Positions 9,385 to 18,091 of a stretch of 64,000 nt of DNA are shown piece by piece. How positions within the stretch are numbered: the first letter of the stretch is position 1; the number at the start of each line of letters is the position of its first letter. Where the stretch lies: the NCBI GenBank assembly GCA_041660105.1, contig JBAZWZ010000004.1, positions 176-64,175 on the forward strand, read 5' to 3'. The notes under the pieces are model-generated. The model was given only the letters and a program-made list of their open reading frames with translations, did not search any database and was not told where the DNA came from. Origin of the DNA: Minisyncoccota bacterium (GTDB lineage Bacteria; Patescibacteriota; Minisyncoccia; Phycocordibacterales; UBA1550). The position numbers were made by a program, and so were the translations under genes.

Positions 9385-10356
9385 TTATATTAGCTTCTTA
9401 ATCGCTTCTTTAATATGACTAATCCCCATACCGTAGTGTTCGATGAGTTCAGTTGGTGTTCCTGACTGACCAAACTTATCATGCACACCGATGAACGCCA
9501 TCTTGGTTGGATGTTCTACGGCGAGCACCTCTGCGATAGCCGAGCCGAGGCCTCCTGCGACTTGATGTTCCTCTACGGAAACAATCGCTCCACATTCTTT
9601 TGCGAGCGCAATCACTGCATCACGGTCAAGTGGCTTGATGGTTGCCATGTTGAGCACCACAGTATTAATTCCTTCTTCTTGGAGCTGTTTCGCGGCCATG
9701 AGCGCATTGTAAACAAGCCCCCCACATGCGATGATACCAACTTTGGGACTCTCAGTACGGAAATATTCCTGCGCCTTCCCTATCTCAAATGGAGTGTCCT
9801 CATTCGTAACAATAGGTGTCTTCTCGCGAGCGAGACGGATATATGTTGGCTTTGTTGTCTTCGCCATTGCAAGTGTTGCCTTGCGTGCCTCGATACTATC
9901 ACAAGGACAGAGCACTACCATATTGGGAAGCACACGTGTGATAGCCATATCTTCGACTGCTTGATGAGTACCACCGTCAGGACCCACAGAGATACCTGCA
10001 TGTGAGCCCACAAGCTTCACAGGGCGATCGTTATAACAAATCGTAGTTCGAATCTGCTCCCAGCTTCTTCCAGGAGAAAACATTGCATACGAGGAAACAA
10101 ATGGAATCTTCCCCATCGCCGCCATACCTGACGCGACAGATACTGATGACTGTTCCATAATCCCCATTTCAAAAAATCGCTTTGGGAATTCTTTTGCAAA
10201 TGCATCCATTTTGGTCGACTCCGTGAGGTCGCAACACATAGCCACCACGCGCTCATCTGCGCGCCCCGCAAGCACGAGCCCTTCGCCAAAGCCCGCGCGA
10301 ATAGGCGCCTGCTCTACATCGGTATCAAAAAGTTTTGAATTAAGTGGAATGGTCAT
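9385..10356 (-). CDS. tkt: Transketolase, C-terminal (pyrimidine-binding + C-terminal domain) subunit
   Basis: Split-transketolase organisation. Start moved to the ATG at 10356 (the track start at 10374 is GTG). Confidence 0.9.
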   Translation of the reverse strand: MTIPLNSKLFDTDVEQAPIRAGFGEGLVLAGRADERVVAMCCDLTESTKMDAFAKEFPKRFFEMGIMEQSSVSVASGMAAMGKIPFVSSYAMFSPGRSWEQIRTTICYNDRPVKLVGSHAGISVGPDGGTHQAVEDMAITRVLPNMVVLCPCDSIEARKATLAMAKTTKPTYIRLAREKTPIVTNEDTPFEIGKAQEYFRTESPKVGIIACGGLVYNALMAAKQLQEEGINTVVLNMATIKPLDRDAVIALAKECGAIVSVEEHQVAGGLGSAIAEVLAVEHPTKMAFIGVHDKFGQSGTPTELIEHYGMGISHIKEAIKKLI

Positions 10357-10360
10357 GATT

Positions 10361-11230
10361 TTATTGATGTTCACTTTCTATCTGTCCCCCGAGTGTACGA
10401 AGTTCTGCGAGAGCATTCGCTCCTTGTTCCTTATTGGGTGGATTGCCGTGCCACTTGGGATCATTCTGAAACATATCTACACCTTTACCAGGAATAGTAT
10501 GTGCAATGATTACCGATGGCTTTTCAAACACGGCACGAGCTGTATCTACAGCGTTGATAATCTCAGACATATTGTGCCCATTGATCTCAAGCACATGCCA
10601 ACCAAACGAAGCCCACTTCATTGCGATAGGCTCAAGTGGCATCACGTTTTCGGTGTAGCCATCGATTTGAATATTATTGCGGTCAACGATAGCGACAAGG
10701 TTGTGGAGCTTCTCCTTCCCTGCGAGCATGATCGCTTCCCAGTTTTGCCCCTCATTGAGTTCACCATCTCCCACAAAACAATAGACAGTTCTGTTGGTGT
10801 TTTGTCCACGATCAAGGCGGTCCACAAGTGCCATTCCCACTGCCTGCGAAAGTCCTGAACCAAGAGGTCCAGAGCTCGTCTCGAGCATAGGGAGAAACTC
10901 ACGGTGTGGATGTCCTTGGAGACGTGAACCAAACTTACGAAGTGTTTTGAGTTCTTCAATGGGGAAATATCCTGCATGCGCCATCGTCGCGTAGAGTACG
11001 GGGCAGATGTGACCATTTGAGAGCACTACACGGTCGCGCTCTTCCCATGTGGGGTTCTTTGGATCCTGTTTTAAAATATGAAAATAGAATGCCGTAAAAA
11101 TATCCGTCATACCGAGAGGCCCCGCAGTGTGCCCCGACTTCGCTTCAACGAGCATCTCAATAATCGACTTGCGAATCTCAAGTGCTTTTTCTTCAAGAAA
11201 CTTTGTTTTATCGTCGTGTTGGCAGTTCAT
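10361..11230 (-). CDS. tkt: Transketolase, N-terminal (TPP-binding) subunit
   Basis: GHxxGPLGM and GDG...NEG TPP-binding motifs. Start moved to MNCQHDDKTKF (ATG 11230), immediately after the rpe stop. Confidence 0.9.
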   Translation of the reverse strand: MNCQHDDKTKFLEEKALEIRKSIIEMLVEAKSGHTAGPLGMTDIFTAFYFHILKQDPKNPTWEERDRVVLSNGHICPVLYATMAHAGYFPIEELKTLRKFGSRLQGHPHREFLPMLETSSGPLGSGLSQAVGMALVDRLDRGQNTNRTVYCFVGDGELNEGQNWEAIMLAGKEKLHNLVAIVDRNNIQIDGYTENVMPLEPIAMKWASFGWHVLEINGHNMSEIINAVDTARAVFEKPSVIIAHTIPGKGVDMFQNDPKWHGNPPNKEQGANALAELRTLGGQIESEHQ

Positions 11231-11234
11231 AGGA

Positions 11235-11906
11235 TTATTGTACCAGATTCTCAAAGCGAGTAATAGCGCCGACGAAGTCATCTGCTTCAAGAATAGCAGA
11301 GCCAGACACAAGACGCGTTGCCCCCGCATCTACGAGGGCGCGCGCAGTGTCGAAGTTTACCGAGCCATCGATACTAATAGGCATCTCGGGCTTCAGCGCG
11401 CGGATAGCGCGCACATTCTCAAGTACACGTTCATCAAAAGGCTCCCCTTGGAAACCAATACGCGCAATACCCATACACTGCACGAAGTCGATACGGTCGA
11501 GATATGGCTCAATAGCAGAAAGTGGTGTAGCGGTATTGATAGCAAGTCCAAGCTCAATCAAGCCCTCGGGCACCCCGGCGCGAATAGCCTCAAAGCCCTT
11601 CATGGACTCCACGTGCACGATAATACGGCTCGCCCCTGCAGTCACCCATTTTGAGACCCAGAGCTCAGGATTTTCTATCATAAGGTCTGCTTCAAAATTA
11701 ATACTCTCCCACGATGGCATCCCCTCTTCTTCGGTCATCATCGCATCAAAATGTGGGTCCCGCGGATATGGCCATGTGCGCGCTGGCACAAATTTGCCAT
11801 CCATAATATCGAGCTGAACGAGTGGTACAACATTCACAAAAAGGCTCATCATCTCATCGAGGTGGTCATAGTCACGTGGCATTATTGCGGGAATAATTTC
11901 AATCAT
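11235..11906 (-). CDS. rpe: Ribulose-phosphate 3-epimerase
   Basis: LDIMDGKFVP (DxMDGxFVP) and the C-terminal ISIDGSVN motif. Start ATG at 11906 (the alternative ATG at 11927 is also possible). Confidence 0.85.
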   Translation of the reverse strand: MIEIIPAIMPRDYDHLDEMMSLFVNVVPLVQLDIMDGKFVPARTWPYPRDPHFDAMMTEEEGMPSWESINFEADLMIENPELWVSKWVTAGASRIIVHVESMKGFEAIRAGVPEGLIELGLAINTATPLSAIEPYLDRIDFVQCMGIARIGFQGEPFDERVLENVRAIRALKPEMPISIDGSVNFDTARALVDAGATRLVSGSAILEADDFVGAITRFENLVQ

Positions 11907-11946
11907 ATTATTTTGCTTCGCAAACATTTAACAATATTTATGCCCC

Positions 11947-11967
11947 AGACACGAATCAGCTGATTCG
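11947..11967. promoter_or_regulatory. Copy 2 of 21-nt motif AGACACGAATCAGCTGATTCG, ~20-40 nt upstream of rpe
   Basis: Identical 21-mer to 8221..8241. Sits in the rpiB-rpe intergenic region. Confidence 0.5.
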
Positions 11968-12030
11968 CATGTGACATTTAACTCATTCGTAATTTGTATC
12001 CGTCAATTGTCCGCGAAGCGGTATCAATTG

Positions 12031-12471
12031 TCAAATGTCTAATTTTTTAATCCTTCGCGCATGTTTTTCTTCGTTTGAGAAAGGAGTTTCGAGCCACACA
12101 CGCACTACTTCCTTCGCCTCATCAGCTTCCACAAAGCGCGCACCAAAGGAAATAATATTCGCGTTATTGTGCTCTCGAGAAAGGACAGCAATATCTACAG
12201 GCCCACCATAGTAGACCGCAGCGCGCACACCATTCACACGGTTCGCACACATCGCCTCGCCTTGCCCAGAACCACCAAGAATAACTCCACGCGACTCTGA
12301 GTCCTTCGCGACCGCTTCTGCGACAGGACGAATGAAGTCAGGATAATCATCGAGTACCTCAAATGTATGCGCTCCCATATCCTCAACGTCGTGCCCGAGC
12401 TCGCGCAAAAAAGTCACAAGGACTTCCTTGAGCTCAAATCCTGCGTGATCCGTTCCAATAAATATTTTCAT
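12031..12471 (-). CDS. rpiB: Ribose-5-phosphate isomerase B
   Basis: MKIFIGTDHAGFELK...GGSGQGEAMCANR, the canonical RpiB/LacAB fold motifs. Confidence 0.9.
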   Translation of the reverse strand: MKIFIGTDHAGFELKEVLVTFLRELGHDVEDMGAHTFEVLDDYPDFIRPVAEAVAKDSESRGVILGGSGQGEAMCANRVNGVRAAVYYGGPVDIAVLSREHNNANIISFGARFVEADEAKEVVRVWLETPFSNEEKHARRIKKLDI

Positions 12472-12479
12472 TTTTTTAA

Positions 12480-13529
12480 TTACTCCAAGTGGCTCGCAAC
12501 TTTCGCTACGTGCTTTACGAGTGTGTTGGTGTATCCCATTTCATTGTCGTACCACGAGAGCACCTTCACGAGATTACCATCTGCAACACGGGTCATTTCA
12601 AGGTCAGCGATAGCACCATAGAGCTCGCCCACAATATCCGAAGACACAATAGGCTCCTCACTCACTGTGAAGACTCCTTCCCAACGTGGATCCTTTGCAG
12701 CGTCGCGAAGTATCTGATTCACTTCTTCCGCTGAAGTGTTACGACTTGCGATAAATGTAATGTCTGCGATTGAGCCTGCGATAACCGGCACACGAATAGC
12801 AATACCATCAAACTTCCCAATGAGATCTGGCACCGCCTCAGTCACCGCAATAGCTGCCCCCGTTGAACCAGGAATCATATTCTGCGCAGCAGCTCGTCCA
12901 CCACGCAGGTCCTTTCCCCCAGGACCATCAACAATCTTCTGCGTTCCTGTGTATGCGTGCGTGGTGTTGAGGAGTGCCTTCTCAATACCAATAGCCTCGT
13001 GGAGGATATGGATGAGTGGTGATGCAGCGTTGGTTGTACACGAAGCATTTGACGAAATGTCACATGTTGCGAGCTTCTCTTCGTTGATACCCATAAGCAC
13101 GGTCACACCAGTGATACCTGGCACAACTGCTTCGCCCTTCACCGGAGCGGTGATGACTACACGCTTTGCCCCTGCATCGAGATGAACTTTTGATTTCTCA
13201 TAGCTCGTAAAGAAACCGGTCGACTCCACCACGATATCAATATTGTACTTTGCCCAAGGGAGCTTGGTTGCATCTTTTTCTTGAATAAGGAGAACTTTAT
13301 GTCCACCAACAATAAATCCAGGCTCCTCACTTTCTGCAGGAGGAACTACGGTCACTTCGAAATCAGCCTTGCCGTACGCAGTGTCGTATTTGAGGAGATA
13401 TGCCATGTTCTCAGGGTCACCGAGGTCATTCACTGCCACAATCTCAAACTCAGGACGTGTGCGTGCCAACTTATAAAATGCGCGTCCAATGCGCCCAAAC
13501 CCGTTAATAGCTACTCGTACTTTTCTCAT
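12480..13529 (-). CDS. gap: Glyceraldehyde-3-phosphate dehydrogenase
   Basis: INGFGRIGR NAD-binding motif; ASCTTN catalytic cysteine motif; 349 aa. Confidence 0.95.
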   Translation of the reverse strand: MRKVRVAINGFGRIGRAFYKLARTRPEFEIVAVNDLGDPENMAYLLKYDTAYGKADFEVTVVPPAESEEPGFIVGGHKVLLIQEKDATKLPWAKYNIDIVVESTGFFTSYEKSKVHLDAGAKRVVITAPVKGEAVVPGITGVTVLMGINEEKLATCDISSNASCTTNAASPLIHILHEAIGIEKALLNTTHAYTGTQKIVDGPGGKDLRGGRAAAQNMIPGSTGAAIAVTEAVPDLIGKFDGIAIRVPVIAGSIADITFIASRNTSAEEVNQILRDAAKDPRWEGVFTVSEEPIVSSDIVGELYGAIADLEMTRVADGNLVKVLSWYDNEMGYTNTLVKHVAKVASHLE

Positions 13530-13562
13530 GGTTGATTTTGTTGATTTACTTATCGAGCTACC

Positions 13563-13638
13563 GCGAAATTTAGAAAATCAACACCCCGTTAAATGATTTC
13601 TGAAAGAAATCCCTGCTTTGCAGGATTTAACTGGGGTA
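13563..13638 (-). repeat. Copy A of ~75-nt conserved leader element (nested hairpins) 35-110 nt upstream of gap
   Basis: Near-identical to 17021..17096. Contains the P1 inverted repeat CCCCAGTTAAAT/ATTTAACGGGG and an inner CCTGCAAAGCAGG hairpin. Confidence 0.45.
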
Positions 13639-13855
13639 GACAACCAAACTTCGCTACGCTCGTTATTTTATTAAAACTATCTCATTATTTTAACATATGC
13701 AGTTTGAGTTGCGAAACCCACTTTTCCGTCTTTGCGAGTACTCGAAGCAATCCAGAGCTCACCGCAGAAAATCCTGGATTGCCGCGCTTCGCTCGCAATG
13801 ACAATACATTGCGTTGTTTTTAGTCATCTATAAAAATAGTACACAGTTTTGTATG

Positions 13856-14080
13856 CTATTTTGCCTTCTTTTTTATTTGACTAACGCTCACAGAATGAAC
13901 CGCTCGTTTCAAAAACGGTGTCGGGGCTATCGTCGAAAATGAGATAGATTTATTTCTCACTAAATCTTTAAGTAGCGCATTTATAATAGCCGACAATGTA
14001 AACCCAAGCTCGTCAGCTACCTTCTGCGCCTCATTCTTAACCTTTGGATCTATTTTGATGTTTAGTACTGCTGTTTTCAT
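13856..14080 (-). CDS. RelB/DinJ-family ribbon-helix-helix antitoxin-like protein (no cognate toxin adjacent)
   Basis: 74 aa. An N-terminal beta-strand (VLNIKIDPKVKNEAQKVADELG) followed by two helices fits RelB/DinJ antitoxins. Confidence 0.55.
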   Translation of the reverse strand: MKTAVLNIKIDPKVKNEAQKVADELGFTLSAIINALLKDLVRNKSISFSTIAPTPFLKRAVHSVSVSQIKKKAK

Positions 14081-14127
14081 ATATATGACAAAGTATATAC
14101 TTTGTCATTATTACTGTCAATCAAAAA

Positions 14128-14415
14128 TTAGTCCTTGCAATACGATACCACTGTTGAGCCTAGTGATACATGACACTGAATATTTTGTGGGTTACTCTCA
14201 TCACAAAGCCAGTTCCCTCTTTCAACTTCATTTTGACAGATTCGCATATTCTGAAATTTAGCTGAAACAAAGCAGCCAGAATAAGCTGAGTCACATATTA
14301 TATATTTCACTGGGAATCTAAACTTTTCAATAAAAATCAAAGTGGTTAGTGTAAGAAAAACTACAATAAGTATTATTATCTTATATCTCTCTATAGATGC
14401 CATAATTGTTTTCAT
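14128..14415 (-). CDS. Small N-terminally anchored Cys-rich protein, unknown
   Basis: 95 aa; TM helix IIILIVVFLTLTTLIFI; six Cys in the C-terminal half. Confidence 0.35.
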   Translation of the reverse strand: MKTIMASIERYKIIILIVVFLTLTTLIFIEKFRFPVKYIICDSAYSGCFVSAKFQNMRICQNEVERGNWLCDESNPQNIQCHVSLGSTVVSYCKD

Positions 14416-14433
14416 ATGTTTTTAATTATACGC

Positions 14434-15861
14434 TTACTTCAGCGCTTCTCCAAAAAGCGCTTTGAGTGCTTCAGGGTTTGCAGAACCCTTGCTGGCTTTC
14501 ATTCCTTGCCCTACGAAGAACTGAATGAGGGCGACTTTGCCTGCTTTATAATCCTTAACGACATTTGGATTTGCAGAGAGAATTTCTGCGACTATTTTCT
14601 CAAGTGCTCCGTTATCATTATTTTGGATATATTTTTTTGCCACCTCTACTAAATCACCTCCTTGTGTAAAAATCTCACACAAAGAATCCTTTGCTCCACG
14701 AGACGAGAGTTCGCTAGCCATTATTCTAGTTACTAGCGCCATCATTCCCTCAGGGGTAATATTATTAAATCCATCGAGGCCATATTTTGCAACTAGACCA
14801 GCAATGTCGGAACAAATATAGTTTGCCAAAAGTCGAACTGCTTCTCCGTCTTTACTATGTGTAACCTCAAATTCATCCAGTTTGATAGTTTTATCAAAAA
14901 GTTCACCGTATCGCTTGTCGGCGACCAGTATCCCCACTTGTTCTGGGGCAATTCTAAAAGATAGGAGACGCTCACGCTTCTCCCAAGGGAGTTCGGGCAT
15001 TGTCGCCTTGAGTGCCTCATTTGAAAATTCAGGAATTTCTGAAATCTTGAGCTTTGGTAAATCTGGATCAGGGAAATAGCGGTAGTCGTGTGCTGACTCC
15101 TTCTTGCGCTGTGAATATGTCGCTTGCTTACCTTCATCCCATCCACGCGTCTCTTGCACTATCTCACCAGGGCCACCGTCGAGGATCGCTGTCATGCGTG
15201 CAACCTCGTACGCAATAGCACGCTCCACTGAACGGAACGAGTTCAAGTTTTTCACTTCCACTTTCGTACCGAGTTTATCTGTCTTTGATATTGAAATATT
15301 TGCCTCCACACGCATCTCTCCTTTCTCCATGTTTGCATCTGACACACCGAGTGTGCGGAGGAGGAGCTGGAGCTCACGAGCAAATGCGCCCGCCTCCTCT
15401 GCAGTGTGAATCACGGGCTTAGTCACGAGCTCCATGAGAGGCACGCCCGCGCGGTTGTAGTCAACGAGACTTGCGCTTCCTCCTTCGTGTGATGAGCTCG
15501 CAGTATCTTCCTCGAGATGCACACGCTCAATAGCGACGCCGTGGAGCTGTCCGTTTGATACAAGCGGATATTTGTACTGACTGATTTGATAGCCCTTCGG
15601 AATATCAGGATAGAAATAGTTCTTACGGTCAAACTCCGTGAAGTCTGCGAGGTCCGAGCCGAGCGCTGTCCCCACACGGAGTACGTGATGCACCGCCTGC
15701 TTGTTGATCACCGGCAAAGTCCCCGGGTGCGCCATGCAGACAGGGCAAATATTCACATTCGGCTCAGAATTGAACGGGTCGTTCGCCGAATTGCAGAACA
15801 TCTTTGTTTTTGTCTTGAGCTCAGCGTGAACCTCGAGCCCTACCGTAAGTTTGTAACTCAT
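14434..15861 (-). CDS. gatB: Asp-tRNA(Asn)/Glu-tRNA(Gln) amidotransferase subunit B
   Basis: 475 aa; VGLEVHAEL N-terminus; C-terminal YqeY-like tail. Confidence 0.95.
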   Translation of the reverse strand: MSYKLTVGLEVHAELKTKTKMFCNSANDPFNSEPNVNICPVCMAHPGTLPVINKQAVHHVLRVGTALGSDLADFTEFDRKNYFYPDIPKGYQISQYKYPLVSNGQLHGVAIERVHLEEDTASSSHEGGSASLVDYNRAGVPLMELVTKPVIHTAEEAGAFARELQLLLRTLGVSDANMEKGEMRVEANISISKTDKLGTKVEVKNLNSFRSVERAIAYEVARMTAILDGGPGEIVQETRGWDEGKQATYSQRKKESAHDYRYFPDPDLPKLKISEIPEFSNEALKATMPELPWEKRERLLSFRIAPEQVGILVADKRYGELFDKTIKLDEFEVTHSKDGEAVRLLANYICSDIAGLVAKYGLDGFNNITPEGMMALVTRIMASELSSRGAKDSLCEIFTQGGDLVEVAKKYIQNNDNGALEKIVAEILSANPNVVKDYKAGKVALIQFFVGQGMKASKGSANPEALKALFGEALK

Positions 15862-15895
15862 AAATGAGATTGTAGCATAAATATCCTCAAAGAAT

Positions 15896-15947
15896 AGCCA
15901 CTATCTACCTATTTTATACTATAGTATAAAATAGGTAGATAGTGGCT
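15896..15947. repeat. 52-bp perfect palindrome (24-bp arms AGCCACTATCTACCTATTTTATAC around TATA) ~35 nt upstream of gatB
   Basis: Read directly. Related to the 8782..8821 palindrome. Confidence 0.6.
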
Positions 15948-15956
15948 ATAACTAAC

Positions 15957-16007
15957 ACAAAGGGCCGCAAAAGAGCCGCAAACGCCAAGCGTTTGCGGCC
16001 CTTTGTT
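15957..16007 (-). terminator. Hairpin terminator downstream of obg (imperfect, with a duplicated GCCGCAAA segment)
   Basis: GGGCCGCAAACGC-CAAG-CGTTTGCGGCCC core followed by a T-rich tract. Confidence 0.5.
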
Positions 16008-16014
16008 GTTCATG

Positions 16015-16998
16015 TTATTTGTCCGCTTCCTTCAAGAGCTTCAAAAGGTCATCCTGGAACTTTTTCATTCCTTCGTCATCGAGGATAGTGATGGTGAATA
16101 TCTCTGAATCAGGGCAAGCCTTCTTCATTTCCTTTTCCACTTCCTTCACACGCTCAGGAGTAACCATGTCTGTCTTGGTGAGCACAATGATCTCATGCTT
16201 TGCGGCGAGTTCTTTGTCAAAAGCCTCGAGCTCCTTACGCACGGTCTTGTACACCTCAAGCGGATTCTCATTTTCAAGTGACACCAAGTGCGCAAGCATA
16301 TGCGTGCGCTTCACATGACGGAGGAACTTGTGTCCGAGACCCTTCCCTTCACTTGCTCCTTCAATGAGACCAGGGATGTCCGCAATGATGTAACCAAAAC
16401 AGTCACCAAGATTTGGCTCAAGAGTTGTAAAAGCATAGTCAGCGGTCTTTGCTCCTGCACGTGTGAGAGTATTGAGAAGTGATGATTTACCAGCATTTGG
16501 CAAACCAACGAGTCCGAGGTCCGCAACAATCTGAAGCTCAACTTTGAAGTCACCTTCTTGCCCGTGCATTCCTGGCACGTGCTCCTTCGGTGTGCGATTA
16601 GTAGATGTCTTGAAATGCTCATTACCAAAACCTCCACGTCCACCCTTAAGCACAAGAATTTTCTGATCTTCGTGGAGAAGCTCATACACTGCGCCTGTAT
16701 CGAGGTTGGTAACAATAGAGCCAATAGGCAAATCCAAAGCGAAGTCGTCACCATTTCTTCCATGGAGACTGTCATTACCACCATCGCCTGCGCGCTCAGC
16801 GGCAAAATCTTTTTGATGACGATACTTTATGAGTATGTGCACGTCACGAACAGCGTGGATGTATACATCCCCACCCTTTCCTCCATCACCACCAGAAGGA
16901 CCAGCAAATTCTTTGCCTTTCTCGTGTTTGAGACGCATAACGCCGTTGCCGCCGTTGCCCGCCTTCATATGCATTGTCATTTCATCGATAAAAGCCAT
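16015..16998 (-). CDS. obg: GTPase Obg/CgtA
   Basis: N-terminal glycine-rich Obg fold (AGNGGNG, GGDGGKGG), then the G-domain GLVGLPNAGKSSL. The track start is TTG, so the start was moved to the ATG (MAFIDEM...). Confidence 0.95.
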   Translation of the reverse strand: MAFIDEMTMHMKAGNGGNGVMRLKHEKGKEFAGPSGGDGGKGGDVYIHAVRDVHILIKYRHQKDFAAERAGDGGNDSLHGRNGDDFALDLPIGSIVTNLDTGAVYELLHEDQKILVLKGGRGGFGNEHFKTSTNRTPKEHVPGMHGQEGDFKVELQIVADLGLVGLPNAGKSSLLNTLTRAGAKTADYAFTTLEPNLGDCFGYIIADIPGLIEGASEGKGLGHKFLRHVKRTHMLAHLVSLENENPLEVYKTVRKELEAFDKELAAKHEIIVLTKTDMVTPERVKEVEKEMKKACPDSEIFTITILDDEGMKKFQDDLLKLLKEADK

Positions 16999-17020
16999 GA
17001 TTGTTTTTCTTAATGAGTTT

Positions 17021-17096
17021 GCGAATTTAGAAAACAATCACCCCGTTAAATGACTTTTTTAAAAAAGTCCCTGCTTTGCAGGATTTAACTGGGGTA
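17021..17096 (-). repeat. Copy B of ~75-nt conserved leader element, 25-100 nt upstream of obg
   Basis: Same blocks as copy A. The second hairpin differs (GACTTTTTT/AAAAAAGTC vs GATTTC-TTTCA-GAAATC) but keeps its pairing. Confidence 0.45.
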
Positions 17097-17176
17097 AGTA
17101 ATTCAATATATTAGCTCGCTCTCTATATGTATAGTGACTATATCACAAAAATTATAAAAAGTCTATCCCGTGAGAT

Positions 17177-18091
17177 TTAAGCCTCGAGCGCGAACTTTGC
17201 GAGCGCGATCGCTCCCTCTTTTGACCCAGCTCCTGCGATAAAGCGCTTATTGTGACAGAAAAATGCATCGACAACACCCGTAATTTCTACAAATTCTTGA
17301 TCGCGCTTCCCCGCCCATGTCTCAGGCAAAAGTTTGCGTGATTCAAAAGAGTCGACGCTATTGCGCACTGTTTTTACTTTCCACTTGCCACCGTTTTCAT
17401 GATCAGGCTTTACGATATAAAGAGGCTCAGGAAACTGCGTGAGTATCCACTCCCAGGGGTACTGGCCTTCAATCACTATGATGCGCTTGTCTTCTGATCT
17501 TTCATAAAGGCCTGCGACGATTCTTTCCCCTTCGCGCTGATCCTTCGCAAGTGTAATCTCGCGCAAGATAACTTGTTTTGCAATTTCCACCGCACGAGCA
17601 AACCCCTCATCAAACGAGAGTGTCCCATTTTCTTCTTCTTTCCATGTAGGACGAAATGCGGTCACAACGTGATGCAAGAGATATGGAAAAACTTTCTGCT
17701 CGGTGAGATTAAAAGAATCCACGCCATTATCCGCCATATCTACTGGCTGTACGAGCTTCTCATCGATGCGCCGTGCGGACTGAGCATCCCCACACAGAGT
17801 CTCGCCAAATTCCTTCCACACTATGCCTATAGAAGAATACGGGATACCATTGTTGCGCCCTCCCGCTCCTCCCATCTGATGATGATCAAAGCGCCCACGA
17901 GATACATCGTACTCACCTCCCACATCCACGACGAAGTCCCCCGTCGCCCACACTTCTGGGTTGCGGCTACGTACTACTTCTACGTTGCCATTATGCGCAA
18001 GTGAGAGGACTGCGCACGCAAAAACTTCATCAGTATGAAAATTACCGCTATGCGTTATTATTTTTATCTTCTTCGAGTTCTCGTTGTTCAT
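17177..18091 (-). CDS. MYG1/UPF0160-family metal-dependent hydrolase
   Basis: HSGNFHTDEVFA...GGEYD...FDHHQ motifs are characteristic of the MYG1 family. Confidence 0.8.
   Translation of the reverse strand: MNNENSKKIKIITHSGNFHTDEVFACAVLSLAHNGNVEVVRSRNPEVWATGDFVVDVGGEYDVSRGRFDHHQMGGAGGRNNGIPYSSIGIVWKEFGETLCGDAQSARRIDEKLVQPVDMADNGVDSFNLTEQKVFPYLLHHVVTAFRPTWKEEENGTLSFDEGFARAVEIAKQVILREITLAKDQREGERIVAGLYERSEDKRIIVIEGQYPWEWILTQFPEPLYIVKPDHENGGKWKVKTVRNSVDSFESRKLLPETWAGKRDQEFVEITGVVDAFFCHNKRFIAGAGSKEGAIALAKFALEA

Noticed and set aside
13593-13823. 76-aa plus-strand ORF (MISERNPCFAGFNWG...)
   Set aside because: It is a read-through translation of the conserved leader element A and the AT-rich spacer. 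The same element upstream of obg is not in an ORF, so it is not coding.
14416-15409. Plus-strand ORFs antisense to gatB (14416..14652, 14882..15079, 15104..15409)
   Set aside because: They lie inside a confidently identified gatB gene on the opposite strand.
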